Positions 15,802 to 24,066 of a DNA stretch of 64,000 nucleotides are shown piece by piece (position 1 is the first letter of the stretch; each line of letters begins with the position of its first letter). Below the pieces are notes generated by a model. It ran no database searches. It saw nothing but the letters and a program-made list of their open reading frames with translations, and was not told the origin of the DNA. Position numbers and translations under genes: made by a program. The DNA is from a virus: the IMG/VR virus record IMGVR_UViG_3300049172_000080, positions 1 to 64,000 of that record; one strand, written 5' to 3'.

Positions 15802-16460
15802 CGACCATCGCCGAGACCCTGGCGACCGGGGTGAAGTACGACCCGTCGATACTCCTGCCGAACACGTGGTACGAGCTGCTGCGCACCGTCGAGACGCTGT
15901 GCCCGTGCGGCAACACGACGTCGGTCCGGGACGGCGGGCTGACCACCCACGAGCCGAAGGCCGGGTGGGGCCTGGACGGCAAGCGCCGCCCGGTCATCAA
16001 GGACGCGTACGGCACCGGGTACACGTGCCGGTACAGCGGTCGGACGGTCACCCTGGCCGCCGCCCTGGCGCGCGACGAGGCACTCACTCCGGCCGAGAAG
16101 CACGCTCGGGACGTCACCCTGCGGCGACTGGAGGCGGGCATCGTGGACACGGCACCGGCGGGGTACGCCCTGCCGAAGCCGGTCGCCGACCTGTTCGCCC
16201 TCGCCGAGGCCAACGGCTGGACCACGCAGCAGGCGTGGGTGCCGCGCGACGACGGGTTCGTCCTGAACGTCAGGGTGAGCCGGGCGGCCGACGAGGGCCG
16301 CCGGTGGCAGTACGACCTGAGCTACTTCGTCGCCCCAGGTGTCGCGCGCAAGACCTCGTTCGGACTGTCCGTCACGCCGGACCGCCGGAGCCCGCACGAC
16401 ACCCCGTCCCTCAAGACGATCCGCGCCGTCATCACGGCCAACCCGGTGACGGAGGGCTGA
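15798..16460 (+). CDS. hypothetical protein
   Basis: ATGA overlap with the previous gene; 220 aa; no domain recognised. Confidence 0.7.
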   Translation: MTTIAETLATGVKYDPSILLPNTWYELLRTVETLCPCGNTTSVRDGGLTTHEPKAGWGLDGKRRPVIKDAYGTGYTCRYSGRTVTLAAALARDEALTPAEKHARDVTLRRLEAGIVDTAPAGYALPKPVADLFALAEANGWTTQQAWVPRDDGFVLNVRVSRAADEGRRWQYDLSYFVAPGVARKTSFGLSVTPDRRSPHDTPSLKTIRAVITANPVTEG

Positions 16461-16463
16461 GCG

Positions 16464-16604
16464 GTGGTCTGGACGACGAACGGGTGGCGTGCGGAAACCG
16501 AGGCCCCGTGCCCCGGCACCACGGGCCAGCCCGCCGACATGCACGACATGTGGGGCAGCGGATGCTGCAACCCGATCACGCACGACGACCCCGAGGAGGG
16601 CTGA
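16464..16604 (+). CDS. small Cys/His-rich protein ending DDPEEG
   Basis: 46 codons from GTG 16464 after GGAGGG; below the ORF-track size cut-off; shares its C-terminus and junction with the next gene. Confidence 0.4.
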   Translation: MVWTTNGWRAETEAPCPGTTGQPADMHDMWGSGCCNPITHDDPEEG

Positions 16605-16607
16605 GCA

Positions 16608-16802
16608 GTGGGCCGACAGGAAGCGACCCCGCAGGAGGCGCGCGAGGCCGAGCTGCTGGAGCTGGTCCGGGACTTCCTCGATCCGGATCCGTGCTGGTTC
16701 GATCACCACGGCTATTGCCAGGCTCACGGCTGGTTCGATACGGACCCCGCGTGCCCGCACGGCCGGGCGCGGAGGTTGCTGGACGACCCCGAGGAGGGCT
16801 GA
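16608..16802 (+). CDS. small Cys/His-rich protein ending DDPEEG
   Basis: 64 aa; GTG start after GAGGAGGG embedded in the upstream C-terminus. Confidence 0.55.
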   Translation: MGRQEATPQEAREAELLELVRDFLDPDPCWFDHHGYCQAHGWFDTDPACPHGRARRLLDDPEEG

Positions 16803-16807
16803 GAACA

Positions 16808-17191
16808 GTGAGCATCCCCGGCTCCATCGACGTGGCGGACTATCGCGACGAGGTGGTGCGTCACGAGCAGGACCGGCCCGGCGACTACCACCCCGCGACG
16901 GCCGACGAGCCCCGCCGGATCCTGATCTGGAACGGCGAGGCTCTCGGCGGCGCGAACAACGGCGAAGGGCACAGTGACTGGACTCCTCGCCTGAACGTCA
17001 CGGTGCACGCGGCCGTCACCGGCTCCGGATACGCCTACGGGACCTCCGTGGCTGCCTGCGACGGTTCGATGGAGCTGGGGGAGTCGGCGGAGCTGTCGTG
17101 CCTCGTCGAACTCCGGAAGGTCGACAGCCGGCTGCTGTGCCGCCGCCCGGGGTGCCGGGTGCTGACCAAGGAAGCGAGGAGCAAGGAATGA
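16808..17191 (+). CDS. hypothetical protein
   Basis: GTG 16808 after the repeated GAGGAGGGCTGAG junction; 127 aa (last part of ORF 15866..17191). Confidence 0.55.
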   Translation: MSIPGSIDVADYRDEVVRHEQDRPGDYHPATADEPRRILIWNGEALGGANNGEGHSDWTPRLNVTVHAAVTGSGYAYGTSVAACDGSMELGESAELSCLVELRKVDSRLLCRRPGCRVLTKEARSKE

Positions 17192-17436
17192 GCGTCCATC
17201 TGGAGTGCGACCGCTGTGGGTTCCAGGAGCAGACCGGCAGCGTGATGCTGTTCGCCGGACTCACTGGCCCCGGCATCCCGACGGCCAAGCCCGAGCTGCC
17301 GGACGGCTGGACCCGGCCCCGGCTCCCCACCGAGGACGACGAGCTGCGTGACCGGGAGCTGTGCCCCGGGTGCAAGGCGGACCTGTTCGCGTTCATGCGG
17401 GGCGTTGCCGTCCCGGGACGACCCACGAGCGGATGA
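17188..17436 (+). CDS. small zinc-ribbon protein
   Basis: ATGA overlap; CDRCG..CPGC pairs; 82 aa. Confidence 0.6.
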   Translation: MSVHLECDRCGFQEQTGSVMLFAGLTGPGIPTAKPELPDGWTRPRLPTEDDELRDRELCPGCKADLFAFMRGVAVPGRPTSG

Positions 17437-17451
17437 AGGAGCTGGGCATCG

Positions 17452-17646
17452 ATGACTGAACCGAGACGCACGCGGCTGGTCGTGGACATCGAGTGGCGCG
17501 GCCACCCCGACGGCCGGGAGCCGTACTACGACGACGCCGAGCGAGTCACTGTCGCACGTGACTGGATCGAGGGCGCGTTTGAGGACCGCGACGACTCGCC
17601 CCGTGTCACCGTGACGGAGGTCCCCGCCGTGTCGGATGACGACTGA
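17452..17646 (+). CDS. hypothetical acidic protein
   Basis: 64-aa ORF, followed by a terminator. Confidence 0.6.
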   Translation: MTEPRRTRLVVDIEWRGHPDGREPYYDDAERVTVARDWIEGAFEDRDDSPRVTVTEVPAVSDDD

Positions 17647-17663
17647 CCGCCCGACGAATCACC

Positions 17664-17693
17664 GAGCCCCGGAGCCTCACGGTCCGGGGCTTC
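17664..17693 (+). terminator. hairpin terminator (GCCCCGGA family)
   Basis: GCCCCGGA / TCCGGGGC stem, 9-nt loop, then TTCG. Confidence 0.6.
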
Positions 17694-17697
17694 GCCG

Positions 17698-17766
17698 CGC
17701 TCCGGAACGATCATGAGCTGCTCCGGTCTTAACATCGCCGCGTCCAACGACCAGGCGAAGGGGTAG
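17698..17766 (+). promoter_or_regulatory. conserved leader with 17-codon uORF upstream of the modification operon
   Basis: 18-mer CGCTCCGGAACGATCATG (17698-17715) is identical to 53512-53529; the ATG 17713 uORF (MSCSGLNIAASNDQAKG) stops 2 nt before the ParB-like start. Confidence 0.4.
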
Positions 17767-17768
17767 CG

Positions 17769-18605
17769 ATGACCACGACCATCGGAACCGAGCAGGTCTC
17801 GCTGGAAGACCTCACCCCGTTCCCCGGCAACGCCCGGCGCGGCAACGTGGAGAGGATCCTGGACAGCCTCCGGGCGAACGGCCAGTACAAGCCGCTCACG
17901 GTGCGCCGGCAGGGCGAGACGCTGACGATCCTCGCCGGGAACCACACGTACCTTGCGCTGCTGCGGCACGAGGAGTCCGGCCGGGACGCCTGCCAGGACT
18001 GGGAGCTGGCCAACGACCGGCCGTGCCAGCTCTGCATCAACGTCGACAGCGACGACCCCACCGCACTCGCCCACCTCATCGAGTGCGACGACGACACCGC
18101 CAAGCGCATCAACCTGGTGGACAACAAATCGGCGGACGACGGTACCTACGACGACGAGGCCGTGGCCGCCATCCTCGGCTCGCTGGAGGGCGGTGTCGTC
18201 GGCACCGGCTACAGCGACGACGAGGCCGACTCGATCCTGGCCCGGTTCGAGGAAGAGGAAGTAGTCGAGTACACCGCGCCGGCGGTCGCCGAGTACAACG
18301 ACTCCCCGGAGGAACGCCAGTCGCGCATGGACTCGCACGGCGGGGAGAACAGCCGCACCTACGAGTCGCGCGGCGTGCGGGACATCTTCCTCGCCATGCC
18401 CAACGCCGAGGCCGACGAGCTGGGGCGCTGCATCATGGCGCTGCGCGAGCACTTCGGCGCCATGAGCCAGAGCGAGGTCGTGCTGCGGGCGGCCCGGGTC
18501 GCCGTGGCGGTGATGGACGGCGCGGACTCGGGTCTGACCCTCGCGGAGTGTCTCGGCCGGGGTGAGGAGATCTACGCCCCGGAGGAGACCCAGGACGCGG
18601 CATGA
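17769..18605 (+). CDS. ParB/Srx-like N-terminal domain protein
   Basis: LTPFPGNARRGNVERILDSLRANGQYKPLTVRR..ILAGNHTYLAL ParB-type nuclease/NTPase domain; 278 aa. Confidence 0.8.
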   Translation: MTTTIGTEQVSLEDLTPFPGNARRGNVERILDSLRANGQYKPLTVRRQGETLTILAGNHTYLALLRHEESGRDACQDWELANDRPCQLCINVDSDDPTALAHLIECDDDTAKRINLVDNKSADDGTYDDEAVAAILGSLEGGVVGTGYSDDEADSILARFEEEEVVEYTAPAVAEYNDSPEERQSRMDSHGGENSRTYESRGVRDIFLAMPNAEADELGRCIMALREHFGAMSQSEVVLRAARVAVAVMDGADSGLTLAECLGRGEEIYAPEETQDAA

Positions 18606-19690
18606 CAGCCCGGGTGGAGCTGACCGTCGGCATGGACTTCCGGCAGCCGTCCCTCCGGCGCGAGGTGTTCCTGCGCTTCTACGAGTGGTCCGTGCGGCAT
18701 CGTTCGTTCCCAGGCGGGGTGCACTACGTGCTGCCGCACCTGGCCGACGCGCTCGGCTGGGACACGGAGCAGCGCTTCTGGGCAGCGTTCCTCAACGCCA
18801 ACACCCAGAACCCTGTCACCACGCTGCTGCTCATGCAGGCCGCCCCGCACCCCGCCGACGCCTCCGGGGCGCTGGCGTTCTGGCAGCGGCACTACCGGGA
18901 GCTGGAGTGGGACACGGACCGCCGGTACCACAAAGCCCGGTTCAGCGACGCGGTGGACGGCTACCTGAAGCTGATCGGCTCCGGACCGGCGGCGCAGACC
19001 CGCTACTTCCGTCGGCCGCACGAGTGGACGGCGTGGTGGGAGGCCGCCTCGGCCGTCCCGACCATGGGCCGGCTGTCCACCTGGAGCTACCTGGAGTATC
19101 TGCGGATCCTGGAGTGCGGGGCACCGGACGCCGACACGCTCATGCTCACCGATATACCCGGCTCCCGCAGTCACCGCAACGGTCTCGCCCTGGTGGCCGG
19201 ACACGACGAGTGGATCTCCGACAAGCAGCTTGGCCTGGCCCCGGTCGCCTACACACCGGACGTGCTCAGCAAGCTGGCGTCCGTCGGCTACGGCCTGCTT
19301 CGCGAGGCGGCCCGCCGCCTGCCCGGGGACCGCACGGTCGGGTACCTGTCGCTGGAGTCGGCCCTGTGCACCTACAAGAGCTGGCACAAGCCGAACCGGC
19401 GGTATCCCGGCGTCTACAACGACATGCTGCACGACCGGATCGTCCGGGCGGAGAACCGCTTCGGCCGCCGCTTCGGCGTTATCTGGGACGCCCGGCGCGA
19501 GGCCCTGCCTGCCCGGCTGCGGCTGGAGGACAACCCCGGGGACCCGGGCTGCGTGCCGGTCAAGCAGAACTGGTATCTGACCACCGGCCAGGTCATCGGT
19601 ATGGCCGAGGAGTGGCCGTGCTTCACCAACGACTTCGACCGCATGGTGCGCGAGGGCGTGTTCGGCGTGAGGGAGCGGGCGTGGCTGTGA
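18602..19690 (+). CDS. candidate alpha-glutamyl/putrescinyl-thymine pyrophosphorylase-like (aGPT-Pplase) DNA base transferase
   Basis: ATGA overlap with the ParB-like gene; 362-aa protein; the assignment rests on operon context (kinase plus TET/JBP) and recollection of the family, not on a verified motif. Confidence 0.4.
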   Translation: MTARVELTVGMDFRQPSLRREVFLRFYEWSVRHRSFPGGVHYVLPHLADALGWDTEQRFWAAFLNANTQNPVTTLLLMQAAPHPADASGALAFWQRHYRELEWDTDRRYHKARFSDAVDGYLKLIGSGPAAQTRYFRRPHEWTAWWEAASAVPTMGRLSTWSYLEYLRILECGAPDADTLMLTDIPGSRSHRNGLALVAGHDEWISDKQLGLAPVAYTPDVLSKLASVGYGLLREAARRLPGDRTVGYLSLESALCTYKSWHKPNRRYPGVYNDMLHDRIVRAENRFGRRFGVIWDARREALPARLRLEDNPGDPGCVPVKQNWYLTTGQVIGMAEEWPCFTNDFDRMVREGVFGVRERAWL

Positions 19691-20415
19691 ACAAAGCGAT
19701 CCTCTGCGAGCGGTGGGAAATGCCGCTCGCAGAGCAGAACGACAGCAGCCGGTGGTTCGTCGACTGGGTCCGCCGGGACGCGAAGCAGGCCAGCGCGCAC
19801 GTCACCGCCGGGTACTGCGCCTACCGCGCGCTCAGCCTGGTCTACACCCCGGACGAGCTGCGCACGGCGGAGGAGTTCTTCGGCGGGCTCGGCTGCCAGT
19901 CGCTCATCATCAGCGATCGGTGGCAGCCGGAGCAGCACACCATCCACGAACATCACCCAGCCGCCGTGGAGCACCTGCGCACGCTGCTGCCGTGGGCCGA
20001 CGTATGGCGCTCCGACTCCTACGCCGTGGAGCCGGTCGGGGCGGACCTGGTCGGGCTGGACTTCGGGGACCTGACGGCGTGGCGGCTGCGCGAGGGTCAG
20101 GCTCACCGGCGGCTGCTCGATGCGGTGTTCGCCCGGAGGCCCCGGGCCGTGGTGCTCACGGACATCGCCGGGCCCCGGTTGCATCTGCACCGCGAACGCT
20201 ACAGCGAGGTGCTCGGCGCCGTCAGTCTCCCCAGCTATCGGGCGTACCTGGAGGCGCTGGTGCGCTGGTTCCAGACCACCTACGACTACGCGCTGGTGCG
20301 CGGCTACTGGCAGAGCTGGTCCACCGTGCTGGCGCTTGTCCCGGCGGAGAACTTCATCGGGCTGGGGTCGCTGGAACCCGTGCCCGACCGGCCCCGAGGA
20401 ATCGAGATCCTGTGA
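19687..20415 (+). CDS. hypothetical protein of the modification operon
   Basis: GTGA overlap upstream and TGATG overlap downstream; 242 aa; no motif recognised. Confidence 0.65.
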   Translation: MNKAILCERWEMPLAEQNDSSRWFVDWVRRDAKQASAHVTAGYCAYRALSLVYTPDELRTAEEFFGGLGCQSLIISDRWQPEQHTIHEHHPAAVEHLRTLLPWADVWRSDSYAVEPVGADLVGLDFGDLTAWRLREGQAHRRLLDAVFARRPRAVVLTDIAGPRLHLHRERYSEVLGAVSLPSYRAYLEALVRWFQTTYDYALVRGYWQSWSTVLALVPAENFIGLGSLEPVPDRPRGIEIL

Positions 20416-21284
20416 TGGACCTGGACACCTGGCTCAGCCCCGTGGAGAACCGGGACGGCCGCCTCTACAAGCGCGAAGATCTCGCCGCGCTGCCGGTCGG
20501 CGTCAACGGCTCCAAGCTGCGCGCCTGCGAGCACCTGATAGGCCGAGCCGCCCGTGCTGGCGCCAAGCGCGTCATCTCCGCCGCGTCCGTGCTCTCCCCG
20601 CAGAGCGCCATGGCGGCCGTCCTGGCGCAGCGCCACGGCCTCGGCTGCACGGTCGTCGTCGGAGGCACGAAGCCCAGTACGGCTATCCGCCACCCCTCGG
20701 TACGCATGGCCGTGGACCACGGCGCCTCACTGGAGTTCGCGGCCGTCGGCTACAACCCGGCGCTCCAGTCCTACGCGCGCAAGCTCGCCGCCCTCGACCC
20801 CGGCGCCTACTGGCTCCAGTACGGCATCACCACCCCACCCGCCGCCGGCCGCGAGGAGCTACGCGCCTTCCACGACGTTGCCGCCCGGCAGACCGCCAAC
20901 CTGCCGCCCGGTGTGGAGACGCTGGTGCTGCCGTTCGGCTCGGGCAACACCGGCGCCGGAGTGCTCATGGGCCTGGCGCAGCGCCCACCGGCAGACCGTC
21001 CGGAGCGCATCGTCCTCGTCGGAATCGGACCCGACCGGCGGGCCTGGCTCGCGGACCGGTTCGCCGCGATGGGCCTGCGGCTCCCTGCCTACGAGCACCT
21101 CGACCTGCATGGCTCCGGGTACGCCGCCTACGGCGACAAGATGCCCGGCACCGCCGACGGCATCCGCCTGCACCCCACCTACGAGGGCAAGGTCGTGCGC
21201 TACCTGAACGAGAAGCGGCCCGAGTGGTGGGCCCGGCGCGACGGCACGACGTGCCTGTGGATCGTGGGAGGGCCGATCTCGTGA
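20415..21284 (+). CDS. PLP-dependent enzyme, fold type II (Trp-synthase-beta / ACC-deaminase-like)
   Basis: YKREDL..VNGSKLR lysine motif and FGSGNTGAG phosphate-binding loop; 289 aa. Confidence 0.7.
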   Translation: MDLDTWLSPVENRDGRLYKREDLAALPVGVNGSKLRACEHLIGRAARAGAKRVISAASVLSPQSAMAAVLAQRHGLGCTVVVGGTKPSTAIRHPSVRMAVDHGASLEFAAVGYNPALQSYARKLAALDPGAYWLQYGITTPPAAGREELRAFHDVAARQTANLPPGVETLVLPFGSGNTGAGVLMGLAQRPPADRPERIVLVGIGPDRRAWLADRFAAMGLRLPAYEHLDLHGSGYAAYGDKMPGTADGIRLHPTYEGKVVRYLNEKRPEWWARRDGTTCLWIVGGPIS

Positions 21285-21856
21285 TCAGCGAGCTGCTGTA
21301 CATCGTCGGCCCGCCCGGCGCGGGGAAGTCCACCCTCGCGCGGGAGCTGCGCACCGGCTGGGACACGGAGGTCGACCGGCACCACCCCGTTCCGCACACT
21401 CGGTTCAACCACCCTGCGACCGGCCGGACCATCGGCCTGGAGCTGGGGGTGCCCCGGCCGGAATTCCCCGGCACCGACGCCCTGGCCATGGACATCGGGC
21501 CCCGGGCGCTCCAGTTCCTCTCCTCCAGCTACCTGCACTTCGCCCTCGGCGAGGGCGCCCGACTGGCCACGCGGCCGTTCCTCGGAGGACTGGCGCAGAA
21601 GGGCGTCGCCGTGACCGTGGTGGAGCTGATGGCGTCGCAGGCGCTGCTGGACGAACGGTGGCGCGAGCGCGGAGCGAAGCAGAACCCCTCCTGGCGCAAG
21701 GGCGCGGCCACCCGGGCGCAGCGCATAGCCGAGTGGGCGGCCGGAGCGCCGGGCGTTCGGCTGCGGTGCATCGACGTGGGGGAGTACAGCCTGTCGGAGA
21801 TGGCGGAAGAGGTGCGCGACGTCTTCCCGCCGATAGCCCTGGAGGTGGCTCGGTGA
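21281..21856 (+). CDS. P-loop kinase (candidate 5-hydroxymethyl-base DNA kinase)
   Basis: GTGA overlap; LYIVGPPGAGKSTLAREL Walker A; 191 aa; role inferred from context. Confidence 0.6.
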   Translation: MISELLYIVGPPGAGKSTLARELRTGWDTEVDRHHPVPHTRFNHPATGRTIGLELGVPRPEFPGTDALAMDIGPRALQFLSSSYLHFALGEGARLATRPFLGGLAQKGVAVTVVELMASQALLDERWRERGAKQNPSWRKGAATRAQRIAEWAAGAPGVRLRCIDVGEYSLSEMAEEVRDVFPPIALEVAR

Positions 21857-22746
21857 TCTCGATACGCCTGCGCTCGCGCATCAGTAAGCAGGAGCTGGAT
21901 GAGAAGGTCGGCAAGGTCATCGGCGACGACGCGTACAACGTGCTGCTGACCGGCCCGAGCCGGGTCTTCATGCCCGACGGCCGACCGCTGTGCGTCTACC
22001 TGCCTGGAGCGATGCGGGACGTCGTGACCGAGGAGCAGTACGAAATCCTGCACAGCCTGCGCGGGGACAAGACGCACAACCGGGGCCCGGCGTCCGGCTC
22101 CATGGCTGTCCGGCCCGGTGAGCAGAAACGCCAGTACTTCAAGTACGTCAGCTCATCCATCCTCGGCTCGTTCGACCCCAACGGAACGTTCAAGTTCTGC
22201 CGCCTCACCGCCTGGACGGGTAAGAACCTGCCGCAGTGGGAGGCGCTGCGCCCCGCGTTGCAGACGGTTGCCGACAACATGCGGCAGCACGTCCCCGACC
22301 GCTACGCGGCACAGATGGGGGAGATCGAGCAGACGCACCCGGACTGGGTGGTGCCCGGTACCCCGTTCATGACGATCACGGTCAACAACACGTACCCGAC
22401 CGGTGTCCACACCGACAAGGGCGACTTGGACAAGGGCTTCAGCACGATTTTCTGTCTGCGGCGCGGCGAGTACACCGGAGGCCGGTTCGTGTTCCCTGAA
22501 TTCCGCGTCGCCGTCGACCTCCAGGACGGCGATCTGATCCTCATGGACGCGCACCAGTGGCACGGGAACACCGCGCTCGTCTGCGCGTGCGGGGAGAAGC
22601 GGACGGCGTACTGCGACGCTTGCGGCGCCGAGCGAATCTCGGTCGTCAGCTACATGCGCACCGCGATGACCAAGTGCGCCAGCGAGGCCGAGGAGATCAG
22701 CCGGGCGCGGGAGTACCGCGAGCGCACCAAGGGCGTCGTCCGTTAA
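21853..22746 (+). CDS. TET/JBP-family 2OG/Fe(II) dioxygenase
   Basis: GTGA overlap; TGVHTDKGD (HxD), GGRFVFPEF, GDLILMDAHQWHGNT (distal His), then a Cys4 ribbon CACGEKRTAYCDACG; 297 aa. Confidence 0.7.
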   Translation: MISIRLRSRISKQELDEKVGKVIGDDAYNVLLTGPSRVFMPDGRPLCVYLPGAMRDVVTEEQYEILHSLRGDKTHNRGPASGSMAVRPGEQKRQYFKYVSSSILGSFDPNGTFKFCRLTAWTGKNLPQWEALRPALQTVADNMRQHVPDRYAAQMGEIEQTHPDWVVPGTPFMTITVNNTYPTGVHTDKGDLDKGFSTIFCLRRGEYTGGRFVFPEFRVAVDLQDGDLILMDAHQWHGNTALVCACGEKRTAYCDACGAERISVVSYMRTAMTKCASEAEEISRAREYRERTKGVVR

Positions 22747-22768
22747 CCGTTAGGGAGGCTAAGGACCT

Positions 22769-23401
22769 ATGGCGAAGGGTGACCCGCCCAACCAGCAGCC
22801 CAGCCACCGGGCGATGGTGGCGCAGCGGCGCACGCGCGCCATCGAACTGAAGAACCGGGGTCTGTCCTGGCAGCAGGTGGCGGAGCAGATGTCCCCGCAC
22901 TACCTGGACTCCGACGGCAATCCTTCGGCGGCGGCAGCCTGCGTGGACGTCTCCCGCGCGCTGAAGCAGGCGAACAAAGAGTTGGCCATGGGGCTGGAGG
23001 AGTACCGCGAGGCGGCGCGGATGCGACTGGACGGGCTGCGCCGTCAGGTGTTCGCCGTCCTCGCCCGGCCGCACTACGTTCTGCACGCGGGGCAGATCGT
23101 CCGCGACGACGAGGGCAACCCCCTCCGCGACGACAGCGTGGTCCTTGCGTGCGTCGACCGGCTGCAACGCATCGAGGAGCGGCAGGCGAAGATCGACGGC
23201 ACGGACGCGTCGGAAAAGTTGACCATCGCGCTCGACCGCCGGGTAGACGAGGAGACGACGGTGGTGGTGGAGGCCATCCTGGCCGGCGCCAACGCGGTGG
23301 AACTCGAACCCGCGCAGCGGCAGCGGATGCTGGAGGCGGCCGGCGCGCACCTTCGCGTCCTGGAGGGCGAAGTCGTCTCGGAGACGGAGGACCCCGGATG
23401 A
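22769..23401 (+). CDS. HTH DNA-binding protein, possible small terminase subunit
   Basis: RRTRAIELKNRGLSWQQVAEQM HTH followed by a coiled-coil-like region; SD GGGAGG; function tentative. Confidence 0.45.
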   Translation: MAKGDPPNQQPSHRAMVAQRRTRAIELKNRGLSWQQVAEQMSPHYLDSDGNPSAAAACVDVSRALKQANKELAMGLEEYREAARMRLDGLRRQVFAVLARPHYVLHAGQIVRDDEGNPLRDDSVVLACVDRLQRIEERQAKIDGTDASEKLTIALDRRVDEETTVVVEAILAGANAVELEPAQRQRMLEAAGAHLRVLEGEVVSETEDPG

Positions 23402-23580
23402 ACAGCGAAGTACAGACCGGCCCACATCCGTTTGCACGGGCGGGGTGGCGGTGGTGGCTGTGCGTTCACTGCTACGCCCCGAAGAGTCTGCACCCCCGGC
23501 GCGGCTGGGTCCGGGCGCGCCCGCTCGGGGACCGCAAGTACCTCTCCGCCGACGCACCGCACTTCCGTGAAGGCTGGTAG
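23398..23580 (+). CDS. small hypothetical protein
   Basis: ATGA overlap; 60 aa; WWLCVHCYAP motif. Confidence 0.5.
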   Translation: MNSEVQTGPHPFARAGWRWWLCVHCYAPKSLHPRRGWVRARPLGDRKYLSADAPHFREGW

Positions 23581-23636
23581 GTCCGTGCGCATATCGGTGC
23601 CATCATCCGGGCCCACCCACGACACAGGAGGCAGAC

Positions 23637-23891
23637 GTGCCCCTTCCCGCCGACGGCTTCACCACCACCAGCGTCACCTACTCCATGGCCACCAGCGACA
23701 ACCTGCCGGTGAGCATCACCGTGCGGACGGACAACGCGGGCCGGCGCGAGGCGTTCGAGCTGTTCCAGCCGTACCTGGAAGCGGCCCTCAACCAACTCCG
23801 CAACGACTACGCGAACGGCACCGAGCAGGAGGTGCTCTACATCGAGCGTGCCTACGGCGCGGCCATGCAGGACCAACTGACGAGCGAGTAG
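23637..23891 (+). CDS. hypothetical protein
   Basis: GTG start after AGGAGG; 84 aa. Confidence 0.6.
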   Translation: MPLPADGFTTTSVTYSMATSDNLPVSITVRTDNAGRREAFELFQPYLEAALNQLRNDYANGTEQEVLYIERAYGAAMQDQLTSE

Positions 23892-23943
23892 CCGACCGGC
23901 CGACGGGGTACGACATCCGGGACGGCGGGATGACACGCTCCGC

Positions 23944-23984
23944 CTCTGCTTAAGGAACCGCCCGGCGCCGCACCGGGCGGTTCC
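23944..23984 (+). terminator. rho-independent terminator
   Basis: 12-bp stem GGAACCGCCCGG/CCGGGCGGTTCC, 7-nt loop, tail TGCGTTTTCC. Confidence 0.8.
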
Positions 23985-24066
23985 TGCGTTTTCCAGGTCG
24001 TTCGGCGATTTCACAGCCCCTAGCTACCATCCGGCCACGACCAGTGACCTAGGAAACAGGGCGGCC

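Noticed and set aside
18562-20415. 617-aa plus-strand ORF spanning two operon genes
   Set aside because: Only its last 243 codons (from GTG 19687) look protein-like. The 5' part is the out-of-frame shadow of 18602-19690. The same trimming was applied to 15866-17191, 19713-21284, 20120-21856, 21658-22746, 26165-27439 and 49508-51514.
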